Positions 56,172-64,000 of a stretch of 64,000 bases of DNA are shown piece by piece. The notes under the pieces are model-generated. The model was given only the letters and a program-made list of their open reading frames with translations, searched no databases and was not told the DNA's origin. The stretch is from Candidatus Berkelbacteria bacterium (GTDB taxonomy: Bacteria; Patescibacteriota; UBA1384; DTJR01). Made by a program: the position numbers and the translations under genes. Position 1 is the stretch's first letter. Each line of letters starts with the position of its first letter. The stretch lies in NCBI GenBank assembly GCA_029865605.1, contig JAOUGE010000001.1, forward strand, positions 19,840 through 83,839. Direction: 5' to 3'.

Positions 56172-56746
56172 TTTCTATCTGTTATTATGCATTCGCCATT
56201 TTTATACTCGACTTTTATATCAGGGGAATAATTAGCTTGGAGGGCCGAGGAGGCAAAGAGGCAGTTAAGATAATTTAGGGGGCCGATAATCTGATTGTTA
56301 AAGAAATCAAAAGCATTGCAAACCATTTTTTCTAGCGGATTATCCCAGCTGTCCTTAAGGCCTGACAGCTGGCAGAGGGTTTTGCCGGCAATCTGCCGGC
56401 GGACATTTTCGTCAAGTGAAACTGTGGCAATGGGAGAAGGTCTGATTTTTGTCCAGTCCAAATCGCCGATGGACATTGCTGCGGCGGGTGATGGAATCGG
56501 CTGGAGGATGACGCCAGAGATCGTTGGCGAAGGCGATAAAGTAGCGCCAGCAGCCCCACCGCCGCCGCTAGGTTGAGGCAATTGCTCATAAGTTAAGGGC
56601 TCGTCGGTCTGGATCGGCTCGTCTTGAGAAGCCGCTTCTTCTTGGGTTCTCCTGCCTTGAATTACGGCAAATACAATAACGATTATGATCACTGAGATAA
56701 CACCAACAACTATCAGGACTACTTTGCTATTTAATCTAGCAAACAA
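56168..56746 (-). CDS. single-pass membrane protein, unknown
   Basis: TM helix VVLIVVGVISVIIIVIVFAVI; overlaps the downstream gene by 4 nt. Confidence 0.4.
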   Translation of the reverse strand: MFARLNSKVVLIVVGVISVIIIVIVFAVIQGRRTQEEAASQDEPIQTDEPLTYEQLPQPSGGGGAAGATLSPSPTISGVILQPIPSPAAAMSIGDLDWTKIRPSPIATVSLDENVRRQIAGKTLCQLSGLKDSWDNPLEKMVCNAFDFFNNQIIGPLNYLNCLFASSALQANYSPDIKVEYKNGECIITDRK

Positions 56747-56859
56747 AATCCCTCCTTTGCTGCTTCTATTATATCAAAGGGAATTTTAAAAAGATATTCT
56801 TGAGAAAAGGAGAGAAAGCGGGTATTATTAGCAAGAAATTTTCAGTTGGAAAATGATTT

Positions 56860-58329
56860 ATGAATTATACCCGCAAAGTTGCGTTTAATACTGCCGCCCA
56901 GATGCTGGGCAAGGTTTTGGGCACAGCTATCTCGATCGCGACGGTTGCTGCTTTGTTTCGCTATTTCGGCGTTGAGGGGATGGGCAAATATACAACCGTC
57001 TTTGCCTTTGTCGCTTTTTTCTCTGTATTCGCCGACTTTGGCCTTCAATGGACTTTAATTCGCGAACTGGCCATTAATCCTGATCACGATAAGGTCTTTA
57101 AGAATATTTTTACTTTCAGGTTATTTTTGGCGATTTTTATCCACTCGATCTCTTTTGCCGCAGTTTGGTTTTTTAACTATCCCCTTGAGGTCAAACTGGG
57201 CGTTGGGGTAATTAATCTCGCCTGGTTCTTCATTACGATGAATACAACCCTCGTTGGGGTATTTTTGAACAATTACCGGATGGATATCTCGGTGGCCAAC
57301 GAGATTTTAGGGAGGGTTTTTATTCTGATTTTGGTTATTGTGACTACCAAGCTAAAGTTGCCATTCGTTTATGTTATTTCTGCCTATCTTATTGGTGATG
57401 TGATTAATTTTGTTTCCAATTTTATTTTCGCCAGGCGCTATGTCCGTCCCGGTTTCAGGGTAGAGTTTCCTTATTGGAGGAGAGTGGTTGGCCAGGCTCT
57501 CCCAATTGGCATAGCTTTGGTTTTTCATTTTATCTATTTTAAGATTGACTCCTTGATGTTGTCGGTCATGAAGCCGATGGTTGATGTCGGGATTTATGGG
57601 ACAGCCTATAAACTCTTAGAAGTTTTGGAGACTGTCCCGGCGATGTTCTTGGGGGCGGCATTTCCGCTAGTAACAAGGTATGCTATTACAAAGGATAGAC
57701 GACTAAACGAAGCCTTCCAGAAGCAGTTTGATTTTCTCGTTTTGCTGGCGGTGCCAATCGTTACGGGAACGTTTGTTTTGGCAGAGCCGATCATTAGGTT
57801 TATTGGTGGATCGAGGGGGGGGGAGTTCGTCAGCGCCTCGACCGTTTCTTTATTTTCTCATCCGATAACTTCGGTAACCTGTCTTAAAGTTCTAATTTTT
57901 GCCGTCGGTATTAGTTTTATTTCCCAACTATATTCTTATATGATTGTTTCGCTTGGCCGCCAAAGAGCAATGATAATCCCAACGATTTCTTTTGCCCTTT
58001 TTAATATTGTTTTAAACTTGATACTTATCCCCAAAATAAGCTATATTGGGACTTCGATCGCGACTATTATAACTGAAGTGATTGTCGCCATAGTCGTCTA
58101 TATGATTTTCAAAAAATTTATTCATCTGCCGATAAAGCTGGCAAGATCGTTTAGGGTTTTACTGGCAGGAGTTTTGATGGGATTGGTCGTTTGGTGGCTA
58201 AATAGTCTCAGTTTGAATTTATTTGTTAATCTTACGATTGCAGTCTTGCTCTATGTCGGGTTGGTTTTTGCTCTGCGGGCGGTAACAAAGGAAATGGTTA
58301 CGGAAATTATCAGACGGAAGGAAGTTTAG
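56860..58329 (+). CDS. polysaccharide biosynthesis/oligosaccharide flippase (Wzx/PST family)
   Basis: 12-14 TM helices; N-terminal AAQMLGKVLGTAISIATVAALFRYFGVEGMGKY typical of the PST family. Confidence 0.7.
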   Translation: MNYTRKVAFNTAAQMLGKVLGTAISIATVAALFRYFGVEGMGKYTTVFAFVAFFSVFADFGLQWTLIRELAINPDHDKVFKNIFTFRLFLAIFIHSISFAAVWFFNYPLEVKLGVGVINLAWFFITMNTTLVGVFLNNYRMDISVANEILGRVFILILVIVTTKLKLPFVYVISAYLIGDVINFVSNFIFARRYVRPGFRVEFPYWRRVVGQALPIGIALVFHFIYFKIDSLMLSVMKPMVDVGIYGTAYKLLEVLETVPAMFLGAAFPLVTRYAITKDRRLNEAFQKQFDFLVLLAVPIVTGTFVLAEPIIRFIGGSRGGEFVSASTVSLFSHPITSVTCLKVLIFAVGISFISQLYSYMIVSLGRQRAMIIPTISFALFNIVLNLILIPKISYIGTSIATIITEVIVAIVVYMIFKKFIHLPIKLARSFRVLLAGVLMGLVVWWLNSLSLNLFVNLTIAVLLYVGLVFALRAVTKEMVTEIIRRKEV

Positions 58330-59436
58330 GTGAAGGTAGCGATAGATATTCAAACAACCCTTGGCCAGCCGACCGGCTTTGGTTTTTATGTTTCAAACTT
58401 AGTCAGGGAATTGGAAAAGATAAAAAGCGAGTTCGAATTTTCCCTTATAAGACCAACGTCTGAAGTCGATTTTTCAACCCCCCAGCGATTTATTTGGGAC
58501 CAATTTACCTTGCCTCGTCGAGCAAAAAGTGAGGGTGTAGCTCTCATTCATCAGCCCTGTTTCTCGCCGCCTTTTTTCTTTGCGGGTCCTGTGGTTGTGA
58601 CAATTCATGACATTATCAGTATTTTATTTCCCGAAAATATCCCCTTTGCTTCAAGAATGTTCTATTCAAAATGGATGCCTTTTTCTTACCGCAAAGCGGC
58701 TCAAATCATTACAATTTCTCAGTCAACCCGGAAAGACATCACCCGGGTTCTAAAAATTCCTGAAGAAAAAATTACCGTGATTGAGCTAGCAGTTGACGAG
58801 AGGTTTAAGGAGGCTCCTCGAAAAAGTGAAGTTGAGAGAGTTGCCCGCAAGTACGGCTTAAAAAAGGACTACATTTTGCATCTCGGCACGCTTGAGCCGA
58901 GAAAAAACCTGGGATTTTTAATTGACGTCTTTTTCTCGCTCATTAAAAATAAAAACTGTGCTGAAACGAACTTAGTTGTTACCGGCAAAAAAGGTTGGTA
59001 TTACGAAGGACTTTTTGAAAAGGTTAAAGATTTAGGTCTTGAAAAGAGAGTCATCTTCACTGGCTATGTTGAAGATTGCGATAAGCCGGCTCTTTATAAG
59101 GGAGCAAAGGTTTTTGCCTTTCCTTCTCTTTATGAGGGATTCGGCCTTCCGCCTCTTGAGGCAATGGCCTCAGGAATTCCTGTTATTTCCTCGGATACTT
59201 CTTCGATGCCGGAGGTTGTAGATGAGGCAGGGATTTTGCTTTCGCCGGAAGATAAGGCAAGTTGGGTAAAATCTTTATTAAGAGTCTTTTCAGAAGATGC
59301 CCTGATTCGCAGGATGCAGGAGCAAAGCAAAAAACAAGCTGATAAGTTTTCTTGGCAAACGACCGCTCAGAAGACAATCGAAGTTTATCGCAAAGCTCTA
59401 AGGGGGGGCTCAGAAACAAATTCAAATGAGCAGTAA
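58330..59436 (+). CDS. glycosyltransferase family 4
   Basis: EGFGLPPLEAMASGIPVISS. Confidence 0.75.
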   Translation: MKVAIDIQTTLGQPTGFGFYVSNLVRELEKIKSEFEFSLIRPTSEVDFSTPQRFIWDQFTLPRRAKSEGVALIHQPCFSPPFFFAGPVVVTIHDIISILFPENIPFASRMFYSKWMPFSYRKAAQIITISQSTRKDITRVLKIPEEKITVIELAVDERFKEAPRKSEVERVARKYGLKKDYILHLGTLEPRKNLGFLIDVFFSLIKNKNCAETNLVVTGKKGWYYEGLFEKVKDLGLEKRVIFTGYVEDCDKPALYKGAKVFAFPSLYEGFGLPPLEAMASGIPVISSDTSSMPEVVDEAGILLSPEDKASWVKSLLRVFSEDALIRRMQEQSKKQADKFSWQTTAQKTIEVYRKALRGGSETNSNEQ

Positions 59437-60520
59437 TAAACCAAAAATAGTTTTTGTTTCAGAGTCAATCAGACGTGACTCTCATGCTCCCTTGAGATAT
59501 CTGAGAGGCTTCAAAGTTGTTCATTTTTATCTTAAAGCACCCTATAAAGATATGACAAAGGAAGATTTCAAGGGTTCGTGGCAAGTAAGCGGGCAGGAGC
59601 TTTTTGAGAAGATAATCAATGAAAAACCGGTAATTATTCAAGGGGTTGAACCCTTTGGCTCAAGGGTTGCCTTCTATCTTGCCTATATTTGCTATAAAGC
59701 AGCCAGGGCAACCCGGGCAAAATTAGTCGTCCCTGTTTTGGAAAACCGACCGGTTGCTGAACGTTTCAATCTTTGGCAGAGGTTTTTTCTGCGGCTCTTT
59801 TGCCCCATTCTCTTTAAGCAAGCTGCGGCAGTGGTTACGTTAAACAACGGCGCGGTAAGAAATGTCAAGTCTTATTATAAAGACGCTAAGATCAAGCGCG
59901 GCATTATTTGGGGAGTTTGGGGAGTAGACCTTGATCTGTTTCGTCCGGTTGGCCCCCGTGAACATGGAAAAATTATTTTTGTTGGCAGGCTGATCGAGGA
60001 TAAGGGGCTAAGGTATTTAGTAGAGGGTTTTAAAATGGCGAGCCGTAAGCTTCCATATTTGCACCTTCAGCTGGTCGGTCAAGGACCGTACGAAAAAGAA
60101 TTAAGGGATTACGTTAAAAAGGAAGGCCTCGAGCGGCAGGTTGATTTTGCCGGCGCCGTCCCAAATACCGAGTTACCAAGGTATTTTTCCTCGGCCGAGA
60201 TCGCCGCCTATCTCTCGATTACAATGAAAAGATGGGAAGAACAGGTTGGAACGGTTAATTTCCAGGCTTTGGCCTGTGGCACCGTGGTCTTAACCGCTAA
60301 AAGCGGGGCGATTCCGGAGTATATTAAAGAGGGGGAAGGCGCGATTTTAGTTCGTGAGAGAAGCTCGAGCGCAATAGAGAAGGCAATCCTAAAATTTTAT
60401 AATAATCGTACTTTTCGGCGCAGACTCTTTGCCTCGACTCTGCCCGCCTCAAAAAACTTTGATATTAAAGGTGAAATTTCAAAAGCCGAAAAACTCTTTG
60501 AGGAGATTCTATTGAAATGA
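59426..60520 (+). CDS. glycosyltransferase family 4-like
   Basis: GT-B C-terminal domain EQVGTVNFQALACGTVVL...IPEYIKEG. Confidence 0.55.
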   Translation: MSSNKPKIVFVSESIRRDSHAPLRYLRGFKVVHFYLKAPYKDMTKEDFKGSWQVSGQELFEKIINEKPVIIQGVEPFGSRVAFYLAYICYKAARATRAKLVVPVLENRPVAERFNLWQRFFLRLFCPILFKQAAAVVTLNNGAVRNVKSYYKDAKIKRGIIWGVWGVDLDLFRPVGPREHGKIIFVGRLIEDKGLRYLVEGFKMASRKLPYLHLQLVGQGPYEKELRDYVKKEGLERQVDFAGAVPNTELPRYFSSAEIAAYLSITMKRWEEQVGTVNFQALACGTVVLTAKSGAIPEYIKEGEGAILVRERSSSAIEKAILKFYNNRTFRRRLFASTLPASKNFDIKGEISKAEKLFEEILLK

Positions 60521-61974
60521 AGTTAGATTTTTTCAAGAAATTGCTTTTGGGGATTTTCGCACTTATCGTTATCGTCTTTTTAAGCTTGGTTATGAATTTT
60601 TTTGAGCCTCCTGTCGGGCAGGCGATTGTGGTGTTTTTTGGCTTAGCCGTCTTATTATTACCCTTATTTTTAAAAAAGCCGGAGGTCGGCCTTGCTCTGA
60701 TGGGCTTCTTCCTTCCCTTCGAAAGAATTCCGTCGGTGGAAATTGCCGGAGCGTCAGTAAAAATAAATCACGTCTTAGCTCTTGTCTTGCTAGTAAGCTT
60801 TCTCATCTCTAAGCTTGCTCAAAAAAAGCTTATTATCCCCCGTGATCCGGTCAGGACCATAATTATTTTGTTTCTTTTCACCTTGACTCTTTCTATGTCA
60901 ATTGCGCCAAATATCACTCGCTCGGTTCAGGTTTTTGCCTTTTTGGTTTTGATGTTTTTAATTTATTTAACGGTAACCCTTATTGCCCAAGATAAAAAAG
61001 CGGTTATTTGGGCTGTTTCGGGTATTCTGTGGGGAGCGGTTGCCGCCTCGCTGGTTGGTTTTTGGCAGTTTTTTGGCGACATGGCTGGCTTGCCTAATAC
61101 TATCACTCTCCTGAAGGAAGGTTATGACAAGACCACCTTCGGATTTGCCCGAGTTCAGGGGTTGTCAGCCGAGCCCTTGTATTTTTCTAACTATATTTTT
61201 ATTCCGCTTTTTGTCAGTATCATTCTTGTTATAAGAGGAAAGGTAGGGGTCTTATTTCCGAAATTCTTGACTGTTCCCTTGGTTTGCGCACTCTTAATTA
61301 ATTTGGTTTTAGCTATTGCCAGGGGAGCTTATTTGGCCGCCGGAGTCAGTTTTATTCTTTTGATAATCACTCAAATTAAAACGTTGCTTAAGGCAAGGAT
61401 AATTGTTCCTACTCTCGCCGCGATCTTTGTTGTGCTGATTGGCTCGTATATTGCTCTTATGAAAAGCGAACCCAGAGCGTTGGATGAATTTATTTCTCAC
61501 GTCAGAGTTGAAGATCGGGAAGAGGGAGAATCAGTAGTTTCAAGAGTTAATGCCTCGAAGCAAGCCCAAGAGATATTCGAAGACAATGTGATTTTCGGTA
61601 CCGGGCTTGGCAATTTTGGGCCTATTGTTCAAGGGAACCCTTATGAAAAACCGGAAGAGGGGTGGTTTATTGTTAACAATGAGTACCTTGAAATCCTGGC
61701 CGAGAACGGAATCATCGGCTTTACCGCCTTTGTCGCTTTATTGGCTGTTGTTTTTATAAGGGCTTTAGTGGCGTACTTCAAGGCCCGCGATGCCTTACTG
61801 AAAGCGCTGGTTTTAGGGCTTATCTTTGCATTTATTGCGATTTTGGCTCAGTATGCTACTTTTTCAACCCTCTATATCATTCACTTTTGGTTTTTGCTAG
61901 GGCTCATGTCGGCAGTTTCCACTTTGATACTCAATAATCAAGAACGAGGTGTTAAAAGTGAAAAGAGTATTTAA
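60517..61974 (+). CDS. O-antigen ligase/polymerase-like (Wzy_C) polytopic membrane protein
   Basis: About 12 TM helices plus periplasmic loop IFGTGLGNFGPIV. Confidence 0.55.
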   Translation: MKLDFFKKLLLGIFALIVIVFLSLVMNFFEPPVGQAIVVFFGLAVLLLPLFLKKPEVGLALMGFFLPFERIPSVEIAGASVKINHVLALVLLVSFLISKLAQKKLIIPRDPVRTIIILFLFTLTLSMSIAPNITRSVQVFAFLVLMFLIYLTVTLIAQDKKAVIWAVSGILWGAVAASLVGFWQFFGDMAGLPNTITLLKEGYDKTTFGFARVQGLSAEPLYFSNYIFIPLFVSIILVIRGKVGVLFPKFLTVPLVCALLINLVLAIARGAYLAAGVSFILLIITQIKTLLKARIIVPTLAAIFVVLIGSYIALMKSEPRALDEFISHVRVEDREEGESVVSRVNASKQAQEIFEDNVIFGTGLGNFGPIVQGNPYEKPEEGWFIVNNEYLEILAENGIIGFTAFVALLAVVFIRALVAYFKARDALLKALVLGLIFAFIAILAQYATFSTLYIIHFWFLLGLMSAVSTLILNNQERGVKSEKSI

Positions 61975-63139
61975 AGTCTTGCTTTCCCTCACCGTCATTT
62001 CTTTGCCCTTTTATATTCTCCGTTTTAGAATTGGTCCAATTCCTTCGACGGCGCTCGAGGTGTTGATTTATTTGACTTTTATCGCCGCCATATTTTCGGG
62101 AGCTTTTCGCGAAATTAAAAACAAACGGGCGATTTCATATGGTTTCCTTTTTATTTTTGTCGGGCTTTTGGGCGTGTTTTTTGATCCCGACCAGTCGCGA
62201 GCTCTGGGACTCTGGAAGGCCTACTTTTTCGATGGATACCTCATTTTTTTGTCCGTTCTGTCTGTTAAAGATGAAAGCCGCGATTTGGTCAGAAACCTGT
62301 TGGTCTTCTCCGGTGCGCTGACGGCAGTTTTGGCAATCGCTCTTTTCCTTTCGGGTGTAAAAACAGTTGATGGGCGGCTCTATGATCTCGATCGTTTAAG
62401 CCCGAATTATTTAGCAATGTATTTAGCCCCGATCCTTATTTTGTCCGGCGTCGTTTTAGTTAATAATATTAAAGCCCATAAAAACCGTATTTTTCCTGCT
62501 CTAAGCGCCTTTTTAATGGTAGCGGCTCTGATCTTAACCCAGTCGAGAGGCGCTTTGATTGCTGTCGGAGGGGTGGTTTTGGTCGCTGCCTACTATCTTT
62601 TCTCTCGCCGGAAGGGTTCTCGTCCTGCCTATCAAGCAATCTTCTGGGCAGCTCTTATTTTGTTTTTTACTTTGACTTTTTATCTTTTTAGGCCTGATTT
62701 TGCCGATCACGAGCGCAAGGCAACCTCCTCGAATATCCGCTATTATATTTGGTCAACGAGCCTGGAAATCGCCCGGCACGAACCGTTCTTTGGCGTAGGC
62801 CTCGGAAATTATCAGGATTACTTTACAAATCTGACAAAAGACAGAGTAAATTACCCGGAATACATCTCCCCCCAAGCTTTGACGGCTCACAATCTCTACC
62901 TTCACTTTTATCTTGCCGTGGGTGTCTTGGGGCTGGCTTCTTTTATCCTGCTCGTTATCAGCTCAAGGTTTTGGCGCACATATGATATTGCCGCTTCGGC
63001 TGCTCTCATAACCATTCTTTTTTATGGTTTGGTTGACACGCCGTTTTTTAGAAACGATCTTTCGGCCCTCTTTTGGATAATTCTGGCTTTATGCTACGGC
63101 TATAAAAGAAAAAATCGCTCACTTGATTTATCTTCATAA
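61949..63139 (+). CDS. O-antigen ligase/polymerase-like membrane protein, second paralog
   Basis: FFGVGLGNYQDYF loop; polytopic. Confidence 0.55.
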   Translation: MLKVKRVFKVLLSLTVISLPFYILRFRIGPIPSTALEVLIYLTFIAAIFSGAFREIKNKRAISYGFLFIFVGLLGVFFDPDQSRALGLWKAYFFDGYLIFLSVLSVKDESRDLVRNLLVFSGALTAVLAIALFLSGVKTVDGRLYDLDRLSPNYLAMYLAPILILSGVVLVNNIKAHKNRIFPALSAFLMVAALILTQSRGALIAVGGVVLVAAYYLFSRRKGSRPAYQAIFWAALILFFTLTFYLFRPDFADHERKATSSNIRYYIWSTSLEIARHEPFFGVGLGNYQDYFTNLTKDRVNYPEYISPQALTAHNLYLHFYLAVGVLGLASFILLVISSRFWRTYDIAASAALITILFYGLVDTPFFRNDLSALFWIILALCYGYKRKNRSLDLSS

Positions 63140-63163
63140 TTTAAAAGCATACTCGCAGTAAAA

Positions 63164-63868
63164 ATGAAATCTTTGTCTGTTGTTATTCCGACTTATAACG
63201 AGAGGAAGAGGCTTCCGAAAACGATTGCCGAAGTTGAAAAATACCTGCTTGACAATTGTCCGGACAGCGAAGTTATTATTTCCGAAGCAGGCTCGACCGA
63301 TGGAACGGTCAATTACATCAAAAATTTAAAGTTGCGTGTCCCTCTGAGGTTGGTTATTGCCCCTGAGCGGGAAGGCAAGGGAATGGGGGTAAAGAGAGGG
63401 ATTCTTGAATCGAAAAAGGATTGGGTTCTCTTTATGGACGCAGATAATTCAACCCGGCTTTCGGAGATTGAAAAATTTGTTTCCCTGCAAGATGAGTTTG
63501 ATGTTATTATCGGCTCGCGCTATGCCGGAATCGTTCAAAAAGTAAAACAGAATTTAGTCCGTAGGACGGTTTCAAGGCTCGGCGCTTTTTCGGTCAGGGT
63601 GATTACTGGCCTTGGCTACAAAGATACGCAATGCGGTTTTAAGATGTTCTCTAAAGAGGCGGCAAAAAAAATATTTTCGAATTTATCGACGGAAGGATGG
63701 GGTTTTGATGTTGAAGTTTTGCTTTTAGCTAAAAAATTTAGTTTTAAGGTGGCGGAAGTAGGTGTCTCCTGGAGCGACGCTGAAGGCTCGCATCTTCGCT
63801 CCGGCCAAGATTCCTGGCGAACATTTCTTGAAGTTTTAAAAATAAAGCGCAACGTGAAGAAAGTTTAA
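63164..63868 (+). CDS. glycosyltransferase family 2 (Dpm1-like polyprenyl-phosphate glycosyltransferase)
   Basis: VVIPTYNE, FMDADNS, QCGFKMF. Confidence 0.75.
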   Translation: MKSLSVVIPTYNERKRLPKTIAEVEKYLLDNCPDSEVIISEAGSTDGTVNYIKNLKLRVPLRLVIAPEREGKGMGVKRGILESKKDWVLFMDADNSTRLSEIEKFVSLQDEFDVIIGSRYAGIVQKVKQNLVRRTVSRLGAFSVRVITGLGYKDTQCGFKMFSKEAAKKIFSNLSTEGWGFDVEVLLLAKKFSFKVAEVGVSWSDAEGSHLRSGQDSWRTFLEVLKIKRNVKKV

Positions 63869-63898
63869 GTAGCTGAAGTGGATTGACTGAAGTAAAAA

Positions 63899-64000
63899 AT
63901 GAAAATCGCGATTGATGTGACTAGAGCAGTAGTTGAAACAGCGGGTATAGGCCGTTATATAAGGGATCTGACCCATCATCTTCTTGACCTTGACCGCGAA
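63899..64000 (+). CDS. glycosyltransferase (GT4-like) N-terminus, truncated by the window end
   Basis: MKIAIDVTRAVVETAGIGRYIRDL. Confidence 0.4.
   Translation, partial: MKIAIDVTRAVVETAGIGRYIRDLTHHLLDLDRE

Overview
The window is a mosaic of roughly 45% GC DNA with several short 60-65% GC islands. The gene content looks like a small-genome, CPR/Patescibacteria-like bacterium; this is inferred from gene content only. Main blocks are listed below.

1. 1-4.1 kb: high-GC genes for proline/alanine/glutamate-rich low-complexity proteins.
2. 4.2-17 kb: a Gram-positive-type type IV secretion (T4SS)-like locus. It has a PrgI-like protein, a VirB4-family ATPase preceded by a separate VirB4-N-terminal-like ORF, an SBP-like lipoprotein, five paralogous small pilin-like proteins, a CHAP-domain cell-wall hydrolase and a GspE/PilB-family ATPase.
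3. 17.1-17.7 kb: a high-GC insertion next to an HD-domain gene.
4. 18.3-20.2 kb: tRNA-Ser(CGA) and a conserved rpmH-rnpA-yidD-yidC cluster. rpmH is below the ORF-track length cutoff.
5. 20.3-24.6 kb: a 1429-aa repeat-rich surface protein.
6. 24.6-29.6 kb: housekeeping genes (ddl, NYN, AMMECR1, PAP2, DedA, PRC-barrel).
7. 29.9-36.9 kb: an accessory block. It has a membrane-anchored 2H-phosphoesterase-like protein and a translationally coupled high-GC two-gene cassette. It also has two TrmB-family regulators flanking a 570-aa cysteine-rich protein, and a DUF134/DUF5320 pair.
8. 36.9-43.8 kb: high-GC islets interleaved with ychF, low-complexity proteins and a C39-like peptidase. There is a small Cys-rich ORF with a strong RBS, and tRNA-Glu(CUC) preceded by a tRNA 5'-half fragment.
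9. 43.8-47.7 kb: a MacB-type ABC exporter, mpg and proS.
10. 47.7-56.7 kb: a second T4SS-like module with two paralogous giant VirB6/TcpH-like membrane proteins.
11. 56.9-64 kb: a surface-glycan cluster (flippase, GT4s, two O-antigen-ligase-like proteins, GT2).

No CRISPR array, rRNA or intact transposase was seen. All functional calls rest on motif recognition by eye; nothing was searched against databases.
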